Part shown: positions 27,965-37,939 of the stretch, piece after piece
Layout of the letters: each line of letters starts with the position of its first letter
Numbering within the stretch: the stretch's first letter is position 1
Assembly (NCBI GenBank): GCA_963675785.1
Contig: OY776562.1
Location: 864,001 to 928,000 of the forward strand
Origin: Anaerolineae bacterium
Lineage (GTDB): Bacteria; Chloroflexota; Anaerolineae; UBA1429
DNA length: 64,000 nt
Direction: 5' to 3'
Position numbers and translations under genes: made by a program
Notes under the pieces: generated by a model
Told to the model about the DNA's origin: nothing
Databases searched by the model: none
Seen by the model: the letters and a program-made list of their open reading frames with translations, nothing else

Positions 27965-28794
27965 GCTCCAAGGCGATGAGCTTGAAAGCAAAGATCCGCA
28001 ACTTGGCTGCCAAGCAGCATATCACTGCTCAAGTCGTTTTGCAGAACTATATGTTCGAACGCTTGCTAGAGCGTATTTCTGTTTCGCCATATAAGGATAA
28101 CTTTATTCTCAAGGGTGGCATACTGATTGCAGCAATGGTTGGCCTAGATACTCGATCTACTATGGATATGGATGTGACGATCAAGGCCTACCCTTTGGAT
28201 GAAGAACGGATTCGAGGCTTGTTGGAAAGAGTCTGCGCAATTCGATTGAATGATGACGTGAGTTTTCGTGTGCTCAGCCTTGAATCCACCCGAAAAGACG
28301 ATGAATACGGTGGATTTCGCGCTAGCCTGGAGGCAAGGTACGATACCTTGATCACGCCGCTATCACTAGATATCTCGACAGGCGATATCATTACACCTCG
28401 AGAAATTTTGTACCCATTCAAAGCGATTTTTGATGAGGGGAAGCAAGTCGAATTGTGGGCCTATAATGTCGAAACGATTTTGGCGGAGAAAATAGAGACT
28501 ATACTTCGCCGAGGCGTGTTTAACACTCGTCTCAGAGATTTTTATGATGTTTATATTCTGTCCGAAACCCAGCAGTTCGATATGGAATTGTTTGTTCAAG
28601 CGTTTGCAGCAACAGCAGCGCACCGGGGAACTAGCGAGCAAATTGCCGATGTCTCGATGATTTTAGAAATGATTGAGAACAGCGCTGACTTGCAAGTGAT
28701 GTGGGCAAGATATCAACAGGAATACGAATATGCATATGGTATCACCTATGGAGATACTGTGGCGGCAGTTTTGGGATTGGTGAGTATAAAATAG
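27961..28794 (+). CDS. abiEii: Type IV TA toxin, AbiEii nucleotidyltransferase
   Basis: FILKGG, RSTMDMD, LDISTGD, AEKIET, RLRDFYD; 4-bp overlap with the antitoxin. Confidence 0.9.
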   Translation: MSSKAMSLKAKIRNLAAKQHITAQVVLQNYMFERLLERISVSPYKDNFILKGGILIAAMVGLDTRSTMDMDVTIKAYPLDEERIRGLLERVCAIRLNDDVSFRVLSLESTRKDDEYGGFRASLEARYDTLITPLSLDISTGDIITPREILYPFKAIFDEGKQVELWAYNVETILAEKIETILRRGVFNTRLRDFYDVYILSETQQFDMELFVQAFAATAAHRGTSEQIADVSMILEMIENSADLQVMWARYQQEYEYAYGITYGDTVAAVLGLVSIK

Positions 28795-28962
28795 TTCGTA
28801 CAGGGTTGCCTTTACAAGAAGGCAGTTTATGGGTTGCTGAAAGCCCGATAAGGGGAAGGGTCAACCGACCTTTCCCCCTGTCGTTTTGTGCCGATTATGC
28901 ATGTGGCACAGTGCTGGCTGATGTGGTATCTTACGGCTAATGGCAGATTACTTGGAGAGATC

Positions 28963-30873
28963 ATGAAAATGTTTCCCGCATTTCTCGATAGTCCTGTTTC
29001 ACCCGCATTTGTTGCAGCAGGCAAGCGTTTGGGGTGTGTAACCTGGTCGCCAGATGGTCGGCATCTTGGCTGGCTGGAGACGCGTTCCGGGAAGGGTATC
29101 GTCGTGGTGGGGGACGGCAGTGCCGATGCGCCGCGCGATTTGAACTCGGACATTTCTGTGCGGGCTCGCGTGGGTTACGGCGGGGGTGATTTGACGTTGA
29201 CCAACGAGGCCGCCATTTACGCGGCTGATGGGCAGCTTTGGGTACAGCCGCTGGAGTATGGTTGCCGTTCACTGCTCTGTGCCGAATCAGGCAACGGGGC
29301 CTCGGTTGCTGTTTCTCCTGATGGCCGCTATGCCATCTATGTGCAATCCGATGGTGTTGTGGACCGTCTGATGAGCCTTAGCCTCACAAAGGGCGCTTCA
29401 GCCACTCCTCGTGTTCTCGCAAAGGGCGCCGATTTCTATATGCAGCCGGTTTGGCATCCTACGGGCAATCGCATTGCCTGGGTACAGTGGAATCACCCCA
29501 ACATGCCCTGGGATGGTGCCGAGTTGCATCTTGCTGATGTTTCTGTACGTGACGACGGTCTGCACATCGATAAGGATCGCGTTGTTGCCGGTGGCGCGCA
29601 TGTAATGACTCTACAGCCCGAGTTCTCACCCGATGGGCGTATGATAAGCTATATCAGTGACGAAACCGGTTGGAGCGGCCTGTATGTGATGGACCCGGAT
29701 AACGGCCTGAGCCAACCCCTTTTGGTGGGTGAGTTTGAGGTGGGCGTGCCGGCTTGGAGTCAGGGTGTTCGTACTACCGGTTGGAGCCCCGACAGCAAGG
29801 GACTTTATGCCATCATCAACGATAAAGGCGTCATGCGCATCGTCTATGCCGATCTTCCCTCGGGAGAGACGCATCCTGTAGAATCGCTAGCGCAATATAC
29901 GTTTGCTTCGGGCTTGACAGTCTCGTCTCGCGGAGAGCTGGCTTTTGTGGGCGGCAGCGAGACTATTCCTAACCGCGTCGTTACGTATGCCCCGGCTACT
30001 GGCAAAGTAAGGATTCGCGCCCGGTCCGAGGGCGAAACACTGCCACCAGAAATCCTCTCTCGTGCCGAACCCATTACCTGGCAAACTGCGGATGGCAGTG
30101 ATGTCTATGGCCTCTTGTACAGACCTGCACGCCTTCCGAGCGGCATTTTGCCGCCACTGCTGGTGCATGTGCATGGAGGGCCCACGGGCCAGGCTTTGGC
30201 ATCCTACAGCGCGGGCAATCAGTTCTTTACGACGCGGGGTTTTGTGGTGCTGGAGGTCAACTATCGCGGCAGCTCTGGCTATGGACGCGAATACCTACAA
30301 AAGCTGCGCGGCCAGTGGGGAGTGGCAGATGCCCAGGATGCCATGACAGGGGCGCGTTATGTGGTAGAGCGCGGCTGGGCGAATAAAGATCAGGTGATGA
30401 TTATGGGCGGCAGCGCTGGCGGCCTGACGGTGCTGCAGTCGCTCATTCTCTATCCGGGGTTCTATGCTGCAGGGCTTTGCCTCTATGGCGTTACTGACCT
30501 GGAATCCCTCACTCGCGATACCCACAAATTCGAGCTGCATTACACAAATTCGCTGGTTGGTGTGCTACCTGGCGCTCAACAAGTCTATCGCGATCGTTCA
30601 CCGCGGTACCACGCCGACCAGATTCATGACCCGGTGGCCATCTTCCAGGGTGCGGACGATGTGGTTGTTCCCCCCTCGCAGGCTGAGGCGATTGTGCAAG
30701 CACTGCAAGAGAACGATGTGCCCCACATCTACCACGTGTATGAAGGCGAAGGGCACGGTTGGCGCAAGTTCGAGACCATTGTGGCCTTTTACGAGACGGC
30801 ACTGGACTTTATCGCCGAATACGCTATGGATAACTATGCGGAGCCTGATCCGGCGGCAGAAGGGGTGGATTAG
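28963..30873 (+). CDS. S9 family peptidase (dipeptidyl aminopeptidase/acylaminoacyl peptidase)
   Basis: Beta-propeller, HGGPT, NYRGSSGYG, GGSAGG, QGADD, GEGHGW. Confidence 0.92.
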   Translation: MKMFPAFLDSPVSPAFVAAGKRLGCVTWSPDGRHLGWLETRSGKGIVVVGDGSADAPRDLNSDISVRARVGYGGGDLTLTNEAAIYAADGQLWVQPLEYGCRSLLCAESGNGASVAVSPDGRYAIYVQSDGVVDRLMSLSLTKGASATPRVLAKGADFYMQPVWHPTGNRIAWVQWNHPNMPWDGAELHLADVSVRDDGLHIDKDRVVAGGAHVMTLQPEFSPDGRMISYISDETGWSGLYVMDPDNGLSQPLLVGEFEVGVPAWSQGVRTTGWSPDSKGLYAIINDKGVMRIVYADLPSGETHPVESLAQYTFASGLTVSSRGELAFVGGSETIPNRVVTYAPATGKVRIRARSEGETLPPEILSRAEPITWQTADGSDVYGLLYRPARLPSGILPPLLVHVHGGPTGQALASYSAGNQFFTTRGFVVLEVNYRGSSGYGREYLQKLRGQWGVADAQDAMTGARYVVERGWANKDQVMIMGGSAGGLTVLQSLILYPGFYAAGLCLYGVTDLESLTRDTHKFELHYTNSLVGVLPGAQQVYRDRSPRYHADQIHDPVAIFQGADDVVVPPSQAEAIVQALQENDVPHIYHVYEGEGHGWRKFETIVAFYETALDFIAEYAMDNYAEPDPAAEGVD

Positions 30874-30879
30874 CCAGAT

Positions 30880-33237
30880 ATGCTGCACAGGCGACTAGAG
30901 GAGATTGGCCCGGATGATTTAGCGCTTTACGGGGGCAGGGCTTACCATCTTGCTGAAGCACGGCGGCTGGGTTGTCCTGTTCCCGATGCGATGGTGCTCT
31001 CGACACAATTGTACACTCGGTTTCTGGAGCAGGGCGGACTGGATGGAGAGATACTCTCCATTCTCTCGACCATGCAACCCAGCGCCATGCACCAGTTTCG
31101 TGCAGTAGAATGGGCTATCAACTCTGCCTTTGCCGTGCGCAGGCTTCCCAAGAGTGTACGCGAAGCGATTTTGGATCTGGCGCCTTTGTTGGATGATGGC
31201 CCAGTGGTGGTGCGTTCTTCGGCTACCACCGAAAGCGGATCAGCGCACAGCTTTGTGGGTCAGCATAGCAGTTATACGGATATCCACACGCCGGAGGAGC
31301 TTGTTCAGGCCGTTGTGGACTGCTGGCAATCGATGTACAGCGCTCGTGCCCTGCATTACGCACACCATTTTGGGGTAAATCTCTCACGTTCGGCTATGGC
31401 AGTTATGGTTCAGCGCCAAGTTGAGATTGTGAACAAGGGAGCACTCTTTACAGTCAACCCGATCTCGGGCAATCCTGATGAATTCGTGATGCAATCGTTA
31501 GAGGATGGAGCATCTACTGTTCGTACATTGAATCCATATGATCCCAGCTCTTGCGAAAGCTTTCTCGAACGCCAGATGTTGCGTTACGGCCTCTTGTTGG
31601 ACGAACATTTGAAGCAGTATCAAGTGGTCGAGTGGACAGTGGATGCATCTCAGATTTGGATATTGGGGGTGCGGCCGATTACCGGGGTGCCGCCTTATCT
31701 GCCAGCCCGGCCGGATGCACATGAGGCGGTTGCCCAGTGGAACTTGGTCAACCCCCACGGCTGGGATGGGCGTGAGCTTCCGCCTTATTCGTGGTATCAT
31801 CGCAGCCGGGCGCGCGATATTCGCTATGCTTTGGAAGAGGGACTATCGCGGCAGCAGGTGCGAGCTGCCGATGACAGATTTTTGAGGGGATATCGTTATT
31901 TGCCTGCGAATGCTGCAAAGCGGGCGCAGGGAAGCAGCAGGATTTCACGCTCGGTACCAGCGGTGGTTCGACAACTGGCGATGACCACGCGCACAGAACG
32001 GGATTATGTGAGCCAACGGCATGTGCATGACCCGATTTTGGATGAGGTGTGGAATCGCGATTGGACGCTGCTCGAAAATCGCGAATTGGGCGAGCAGCTG
32101 CACAAGGCAGTTTTCCTCAGCCACGCCTATATCAGTGCAGGGTCTTTTATTTCCACCGATACGGCAATGATCTGGAATCTTTTTATGCGCGTGCACACCG
32201 AATGGATTGGTGGAGACATCAATCCGCAGGAGCTTGTGGCCTCTCCATCTCGTTCCATGCTCGAACTCGATCGCAAGGCGGCGGCTTTATGTGCCAGAAC
32301 AGACGATGACGAGGATTTGGACAGGCTGTTGGTTGAATCCTTTTGGGATAAACGCTACCTGATGATTGATCCGGCGCTGATCGAACAGACGTGGGATATC
32401 GCGTTGTTACACCCCGATTGGGTTGGTTTCAAGCAGCGTATTCAGGCGTACGCTCGGTCGGGTGATCATACCCCCGAGGCTATCAAAAAAGACAGCGAAA
32501 GGCGCCAGAAACAAAAAAAGACAGCTCTGACTCGAGTTCGCGGCTTGCAAAAGCTGTTGTATGATAGGTTGCTGAACAGAACACAATCCCTGCTGCGACT
32601 GGATGCGTCTCGTCTTGAACCGGCTGCCTGCTCTATGCTTGTTGAACACGAGATTTTGGAAGAAGTGGGGACACGGCTAGCGCGCAAAGGGTTGGCCAGA
32701 AACAGGCAAGAGGCAGCACTGCTGGAATACCGCGAGGTGCAGGACTGGCTGCGTGGCCGATTGGGCGCGGAAGTTAAGGATCGTATTGCGGACCGGCGCG
32801 AACTCTATCGGCAATGGTGGCGTTACCGCCCGCCTCAGGTGCTGGTTATTGAACCAGCGCACGAGGCAGTTAGTGAGGATGCCGAGGAAAGCGCGCCAGG
32901 CGTGGCGGGACTTGCGGTTTCTCCTGGTGAAGTGATGGGACGGGTTCGTGTGCTGCATGGGCCGGGTGAGGGTACCAGTTTGTTGGCGGGAGAAGTGCTG
33001 GTTGTTGATGACCCACTATCAGAATACAGCCCGTTATTCAGTATCGCCTCTGCTATCATCAGTCGACAGGGCAGTCTGTTGGATCATGCTGCGACATTGG
33101 CGCGAGAATACGGCGTGCCGGCAGTGTTTTCGCTGCCCAACGCCACTACTGTTTTCAAGACGGGGGATATTGTCCATGTGAATGCCCACGACGGCATCGT
33201 TACCTCTCCACATCGGGCAGTCTCGTGGGATTCCTAG
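30880..33237 (+). CDS. PEP-utilizing dikinase family protein (ATP-grasp, central domain, C-terminal phospho-His domain; RPH/PigC-type architecture)
   Basis: VVRSSAT.E, SFVGQH, MAVMVQ, RPIT; C-terminal LDHAATLAREYGVPAV. Confidence 0.8.
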   Translation: MLHRRLEEIGPDDLALYGGRAYHLAEARRLGCPVPDAMVLSTQLYTRFLEQGGLDGEILSILSTMQPSAMHQFRAVEWAINSAFAVRRLPKSVREAILDLAPLLDDGPVVVRSSATTESGSAHSFVGQHSSYTDIHTPEELVQAVVDCWQSMYSARALHYAHHFGVNLSRSAMAVMVQRQVEIVNKGALFTVNPISGNPDEFVMQSLEDGASTVRTLNPYDPSSCESFLERQMLRYGLLLDEHLKQYQVVEWTVDASQIWILGVRPITGVPPYLPARPDAHEAVAQWNLVNPHGWDGRELPPYSWYHRSRARDIRYALEEGLSRQQVRAADDRFLRGYRYLPANAAKRAQGSSRISRSVPAVVRQLAMTTRTERDYVSQRHVHDPILDEVWNRDWTLLENRELGEQLHKAVFLSHAYISAGSFISTDTAMIWNLFMRVHTEWIGGDINPQELVASPSRSMLELDRKAAALCARTDDDEDLDRLLVESFWDKRYLMIDPALIEQTWDIALLHPDWVGFKQRIQAYARSGDHTPEAIKKDSERRQKQKKTALTRVRGLQKLLYDRLLNRTQSLLRLDASRLEPAACSMLVEHEILEEVGTRLARKGLARNRQEAALLEYREVQDWLRGRLGAEVKDRIADRRELYRQWWRYRPPQVLVIEPAHEAVSEDAEESAPGVAGLAVSPGEVMGRVRVLHGPGEGTSLLAGEVLVVDDPLSEYSPLFSIASAIISRQGSLLDHAATLAREYGVPAVFSLPNATTVFKTGDIVHVNAHDGIVTSPHRAVSWDS

Positions 33238-33255
33238 TTAGGAAGGGCATGTTAA

Positions 33256-34155
33256 ATGAGTTTGTTATACGGCGGTATTGAGGCTGGCGGCACCAAATTC
33301 GTTTGTGCGATTGGCTCTGGCCCTGATGATATCCGCGCGGAGACGCGCTTTGCGACGACCACGCCGGAAGAGACAATTGGTCGCGCCGTCGAGTTCTTTG
33401 TGCGGAACAAACGTCTGGGGACGCTGAGCGGCCTTGGCATCGCTTCTTTTGGTCCGGTCGACCCCGACCCGGATTCGGATACGTTCGGCTATATCACCAC
33501 GACCCCAAAAGAAGGCTGGGAAAACACGGATTTTGTCGGTCAGATGAAAAAGGCCATTTATGTGCCAATTGGCTTTGATACGGATGTCAATGGTGCAGCT
33601 CTGGGCGAATTTCGTTGGGGAGCGGCCGTGGGACTGGATACGTTCGTCTATCTGACGATTGGCACGGGCATCGGCGGAGGCGGCATGGCCAATGGCCAGC
33701 TACTTCATGGTATGATGCATCCTGAGATGGGCCATCTGATGCTGCCTCGCTCATCACAAGAAGAGGCTTTTTCGGGCGTGTGCCCCTATCATGGTAGCTG
33801 CCTGGAGGGCCTGGCTTCGGGGCCGGCCATCGAGGCGCGCTGGGGCGCTCCGGCCCACGAATTGCCGGCTGAGCATGAGGTCTGGCAGTTGGAGGCTCAC
33901 TATCTGGCGCTGGGCATCTCTTCTATCGTGCTGGTCCTTTCGCCGCAGCGAGTCATCCTCGGCGGCGGTGTGATGGGACAGGCACAGCTTTACCCGATGA
34001 TACGCCGTGAGCTTCAAGATGTTCTAGCTGGCTATGTGCGTACGCCCGAGATTACGGTGGGCCTGGATGATTACATCGTTGCGCCTAAATTGGGCCCCCG
34101 TACTGGCGTTTTGGGGGCCATTGCCCTGGCTCAACGTGCGGCGGCCAGTGTCTGA
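33256..34155 (+). CDS. ROK-family fructokinase
   Basis: [51 protein letters not shown]. Confidence 0.92.
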   Translation: MSLLYGGIEAGGTKFVCAIGSGPDDIRAETRFATTTPEETIGRAVEFFVRNKRLGTLSGLGIASFGPVDPDPDSDTFGYITTTPKEGWENTDFVGQMKKAIYVPIGFDTDVNGAALGEFRWGAAVGLDTFVYLTIGTGIGGGGMANGQLLHGMMHPEMGHLMLPRSSQEEAFSGVCPYHGSCLEGLASGPAIEARWGAPAHELPAEHEVWQLEAHYLALGISSIVLVLSPQRVILGGGVMGQAQLYPMIRRELQDVLAGYVRTPEITVGLDDYIVAPKLGPRTGVLGAIALAQRAAASV

Positions 34156-34159
34156 ACAG

Positions 34160-34723
34160 ATGGGTAACGACGCTCTGCTTGGCCGGCTTGTGACTGAAGG
34201 GCGTATGATCGTCTATGAAGGGGACATCACCCGTCTTGAGGTGGATGCCATTGTGAATGCGGCCAATTCGTCGCTGTTGGGCGGCGGAGGCGTCGATGGT
34301 GCCATCCATCGTGCGGCGGGGCCTGAACTGTTGGCAGAGTGCCAAACACTGGGCGGTTGCCCACTCGGCGAGGCCCGTGTTACAAAGGGGTATCGGCTGC
34401 CAGCGAGGCATGTCATCCACACGGTGGGGCCGATCTGGCACGGTGGCACGCACGGTGAGGACGAGACGCTGGTGCGCTGTTGTCGAAATAGCCTGAGGGT
34501 CTGTGAATTGGATGAGCTGGATACGGTAGCGTTTCCGTCCATTAGCACAGGGGCATACGGTTTTCCGATAGAGAGAGCAGCAAGCATCGCTGTGAGAACG
34601 GTGGCAGCTTATCTGGCCGAGCATGAACATCCGAGGCAGGTGATCTTTGTGACATTTGGTCACCTGGCGACAGAGATATATTGTGAGCTTTGTGAAAAAG
34701 ATAGAGGAGCGAATTGTGAGTGA
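34160..34723 (+). CDS. Macro-domain O-acetyl-ADP-ribose deacetylase (YmdB-like)
   Basis: [41 protein letters not shown]. Confidence 0.93.
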   Translation: MGNDALLGRLVTEGRMIVYEGDITRLEVDAIVNAANSSLLGGGGVDGAIHRAAGPELLAECQTLGGCPLGEARVTKGYRLPARHVIHTVGPIWHGGTHGEDETLVRCCRNSLRVCELDELDTVAFPSISTGAYGFPIERAASIAVRTVAAYLAEHEHPRQVIFVTFGHLATEIYCELCEKDRGANCE

Positions 34724-35585
34724 ACGCATAGCATATATCGAGGCCTTTTCCGGCGCGAGCGGTGACATGTTGCTGGGGGCCATGATCGATGCTGGTCTCA
34801 AGTTGGACGAACTAGAGGAAGCTATCAGCAAGCTGGGCCTTGCTGATGTGGAACTGGTTGCCAAGCCCGTCGTCAGCCACGGCATATCTGGCACGCATCT
34901 TGACGTGATCGATAACGGACACGACCGACCAGCGCATAATCTACCGGCTATCCGCAAGATTATTGGTGAGGCTGATCTGGATGCTGACGTCAAGCATGAT
35001 GCGTTGCATGTCTTTGAACTGATCGGCGTGGCCGAGGCGGCAGTTCACGGGGTTTCCATCGATCAAGTGCACTTTCACGAAGTTGGGGCCGTGGATTCCT
35101 TGGTGGATATTGTGGGATTCTGCTGGGCGCGTTTGCATCTAGGAATCAAAAAGGTGTATTGTTCAGCGTTGCCACTGGGCAATGGCACGATTCGCACCGA
35201 GCACGGCCTTTTGCCGGTGCCAGCGCCGGCTACTCTGGCCATCCTCACGGCGGCTCGGGTGCCAACAGTGCGCTCGGATGGGCAGAGCGAGATGGTTACC
35301 CCTACAGGCGCGGCTCTGGTGGCTTATCACGCCGAGTTTGTTCGTCCTTCCATGCGCGGCGAGTCGGTAGGCTATGGCTTTGGTACGCGCGAGATGCCCT
35401 GGGCCAACATGCTGCGTATCACCATCGGCGAGGCCCTGGATGAAACCTGGTGGGCCGCGGGGCAGGGAGCAGATGCTCATGTACACGAGCACAGTCATAC
35501 CCATGAGCACGAAGAACATAACCACACCCATGATCATGATCATGGCCATACGCATAGCCATACCCATGAGAGCGAATCGGTCTGA
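34716..35585 (+). CDS. larC: Nickel pincer cofactor biosynthesis protein LarC, N-terminal domain only, with His-rich tail
   Basis: [51 protein letters not shown]; ends in [11 protein letters not shown]... Confidence 0.85.
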   Translation: MSERIAYIEAFSGASGDMLLGAMIDAGLKLDELEEAISKLGLADVELVAKPVVSHGISGTHLDVIDNGHDRPAHNLPAIRKIIGEADLDADVKHDALHVFELIGVAEAAVHGVSIDQVHFHEVGAVDSLVDIVGFCWARLHLGIKKVYCSALPLGNGTIRTEHGLLPVPAPATLAILTAARVPTVRSDGQSEMVTPTGAALVAYHAEFVRPSMRGESVGYGFGTREMPWANMLRITIGEALDETWWAAGQGADAHVHEHSHTHEHEEHNHTHDHDHGHTHSHTHESESV

Positions 35586-35633
35586 ATAACGACGTGGGGT
35601 ATGGCGTCATTGATGCATTTTCTGGAGAAAAAG

Positions 35634-36854
35634 ATGATTATTAGAGAATATCGTGAAACCGATAAAGAAGCCGCTCACCGCATCTGGAAAGAGGTTGGCT
35701 GGCTCGATGAAGGCGAAGAAGCCGTCATCGATTTTATGCTGGGCATTGGCCATAACATGGTGGCTGATTTTGACGGCACGGCCGAGTGCCTGGTTTTGAG
35801 CATTCCTGGCGATTTGGACTATTTGGGCGAGCGTCTGCCTTTTTGCGGTATCAATGGCGTGACGACGAGTCAAATCATTCGCAAACGTGGTGCAGCCGGG
35901 CGCGTTTTGGCACAGAACCTGGCCTGGAACGCTCAGCAGGGCGCGTTGGTGGCCGGTTTGGGCATTTTTGATCAGGGTTTTTACGACAAGCTAGGCTTTG
36001 GTACGGGGCCCATGGTGCACAGCACATCGTTTGATCCACGTGATTTGAATGTACCCATCACTGAGCGCTTGCCTGTTCGCCTGTTGGCTGAGAACTGGCA
36101 AGAAGTGCATGATGCACGGGTGGCCAGGCTGCGGGGACACGGCAGTGTGAGCTTTAAGGATGCTGATTTCACGCGTTCTGGGGTGGCTGAGGGCAAGAAA
36201 AAGGCTTACGGTCTAGGATATCGCAACGACGAGGGTGTGCTGACGCATTACCTCTGGATGAAGCCTGCGGCTGAGCATGGGCCGACGGATATATGGTTCG
36301 TCGTCTACCAGACTACTGAGCAGCTCATGGAGTTGTTGGGGTTGATCAAGAGCCTGGGGGATCAATACTATACGGTGAACTTGCAGGATCCTACAGGCGT
36401 GCAGCTTCAGGATCTGATCAGGCAACCCTTCCGCAGGGCACGTATTGGTGACAAGGCCAAGCACAGCACGGGAACGCACGCTGCTGCCTGGTGGCAGATG
36501 CGTATGCTGGATGTGCCGGGCTGCTTGGCTGAGACCCACTTGCCGACAGGAAAAGTTTCTTTCAACCTCGAGTTGACCGACCCCATCGAGCGTTATCTCG
36601 AAGAGTCAGAATGGAAGGGCGTTGGCGGCCAATATGTGGTAACACTGGGCACGGATTCCAGTGCTGAGCCTGGATGTGATGCGACATTGCCCACGCTCAA
36701 GGCATCGGTGAATGCCTTTACGCGGATGTGGCTTGGCGTGCTGCCAGCTACGTCTCTGGCCATCACTGATGATCTGACTGGTCCGAAAGAGCTGCTAGAG
36801 GCATTGGATTGGCAGTTGCGATTGCCCAAGCCCAGCCTTGAGTGGGGGTTCTAG
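35634..36854 (+). CDS. Eis-like GNAT acetyltransferase
   Basis: GVTT..IRKRGAA acetyl-CoA motif, GFYDKLGF, ~405 aa with a C-terminal SCP2-like region; SD ggag before ATG 35634. Confidence 0.7.
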   Translation: MIIREYRETDKEAAHRIWKEVGWLDEGEEAVIDFMLGIGHNMVADFDGTAECLVLSIPGDLDYLGERLPFCGINGVTTSQIIRKRGAAGRVLAQNLAWNAQQGALVAGLGIFDQGFYDKLGFGTGPMVHSTSFDPRDLNVPITERLPVRLLAENWQEVHDARVARLRGHGSVSFKDADFTRSGVAEGKKKAYGLGYRNDEGVLTHYLWMKPAAEHGPTDIWFVVYQTTEQLMELLGLIKSLGDQYYTVNLQDPTGVQLQDLIRQPFRRARIGDKAKHSTGTHAAAWWQMRMLDVPGCLAETHLPTGKVSFNLELTDPIERYLEESEWKGVGGQYVVTLGTDSSAEPGCDATLPTLKASVNAFTRMWLGVLPATSLAITDDLTGPKELLEALDWQLRLPKPSLEWGF

Positions 36855-36873
36855 CAAGTTATAGGGTATGGAG

Positions 36874-36914
36874 GAGTGCCGGTAGGCCCGAGAGAGCCTA
36901 CCGGCACTCTTTTT
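36874..36914 (+). terminator. Intrinsic terminator
   Basis: gagtgccggtaggc-8-gcctaccggcactc-ttttt. Confidence 0.9.
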
Positions 36915-36934
36915 GTTGCATCAAAAGGAGGTGA

Positions 36935-36975
36935 TTGACAGATACACGTCAGGCTGTATAATAAGGTGAACCTAA
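36935..36975 (+). promoter_or_regulatory. Sigma70 promoter with possible overlapping DtxR box
   Basis: TTGACA-16-TATAAT; tataataaggtgaacctaa matches 12/19 positions of the DtxR-type consensus TTAGGTTAGGCTAACCTAA. Confidence 0.6.
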
Positions 36976-36993
36976 AAATTGGAGCGTCATACG

Positions 36994-37680
36994 ATGGCTT
37001 GCCAAAAGAAACAACAAGAGAGTCTTTCCGCCAGCAGCGAGATGTACCTGGTGCATCTGGCGCGGCTCGAGGAAAAAGGCAATCCGGTGCCCATTCGACT
37101 GTTATCCGAGGCACTGGAGGTCTCGCCGGTCTCTGCCAACGAGATGTGCAGGCGCCTGGAACAACTGGGCATGCTCGAATATATTCCCTACCGTGGGGCA
37201 CGACTGCTCGAAAAGGGACGTGACATTGCCGACTATGTAGAGCGGCGCCATCGGCTGTGGGAGGTCTTTTTGGTAGACCGTTTGGGCCTGGAACCCGCCA
37301 GGGCGGATGCCATTGCCTGCGACCTGGAGCATGTAACTACCGATGAGCTGGAGGACCGCCTGGATGCCTTTTTGGGGCGCCCGGCGCATACGCCTGCGGG
37401 TTTGCCTATCCCTCCGGCAGAGCGTCAGCTTCGTACACTGCCGCTTTCGGCGTTGGCTGTGGGCACGCGCGCTGTGGTGGCGAATATAGGTGGCGGGGCT
37501 GGCATTCGCGAGTATTTGGCGCAGGCTGAGCTATCCGCCGGCGCCGAGATAGAGATTCGAGCGCGCTGTAACCACGGCACTTTGTTGATGGTGGGCGATA
37601 CTTTTATTACGGTAATGCCAGAGATTGAAGAGAGCGTTCGTGTAACGGTGAGCGAGGAAGGGCGATATGTTGCAGCTTGA
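36994..37680 (+). CDS. DtxR/MntR-family metal-dependent repressor with FeoA-like C-terminal domain
   Basis: EMYL, VSPVSANEM, RRHRLWEVFL, ACDLEH, P.G.PIP. Confidence 0.9.
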   Translation: MACQKKQQESLSASSEMYLVHLARLEEKGNPVPIRLLSEALEVSPVSANEMCRRLEQLGMLEYIPYRGARLLEKGRDIADYVERRHRLWEVFLVDRLGLEPARADAIACDLEHVTTDELEDRLDAFLGRPAHTPAGLPIPPAERQLRTLPLSALAVGTRAVVANIGGGAGIREYLAQAELSAGAEIEIRARCNHGTLLMVGDTFITVMPEIEESVRVTVSEEGRYVAA

Positions 37681-37930
37681 TGCGCTTCTTGCTGCTCTTG
37701 CGCATGGCGAGACCCAAGCCGATATTCTTATTGATAGCCAGATTACACCCGATCTACTGGACCAAATGATGCTCGACCTGGTTCGCGGCGGCTATCTGGA
37801 ACGGTTTGAGGCTGGTTGTGCATCCGGAGGCTGTTCGGGTTGCAGCCTCGCCGGTAGTTGCAAGGGCATTGTTGGTTGGAGCTTGACCGAGCGTGGCAAG
37901 TCCGTGGTTCAGGCTCGATTGCATAAATAG
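37667..37930 (+). CDS. FeoC-like wHTH protein
   Basis: LVRGGYL followed by CASGGCSGCSLAGSC. Confidence 0.75.
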   Translation: MLQLDALLAALAHGETQADILIDSQITPDLLDQMMLDLVRGGYLERFEAGCASGGCSGCSLAGSCKGIVGWSLTERGKSVVQARLHK

Positions 37931-37939
37931 GAGGTGGTT

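Noticed and set aside
27260-28797. atagttc at both flanks of the AbiE module as a target-site duplication
   Set aside because: Only 7 bp, the right copy overlaps the toxin stop codon, and there is no transposase or terminal repeat; compatible with chance.
35477-35568. His-codon-rich low-complexity DNA as a repeat element
   Set aside because: It is explained by the coding His-rich tail of LarC.
35583-35634. Selenocysteine or readthrough fusion of larC (TGA) with the in-frame GNAT gene
   Set aside because: In-frame arrangement has a 1-in-3 chance, there is no convincing SECIS, and the GNAT has its own SD and ATG.
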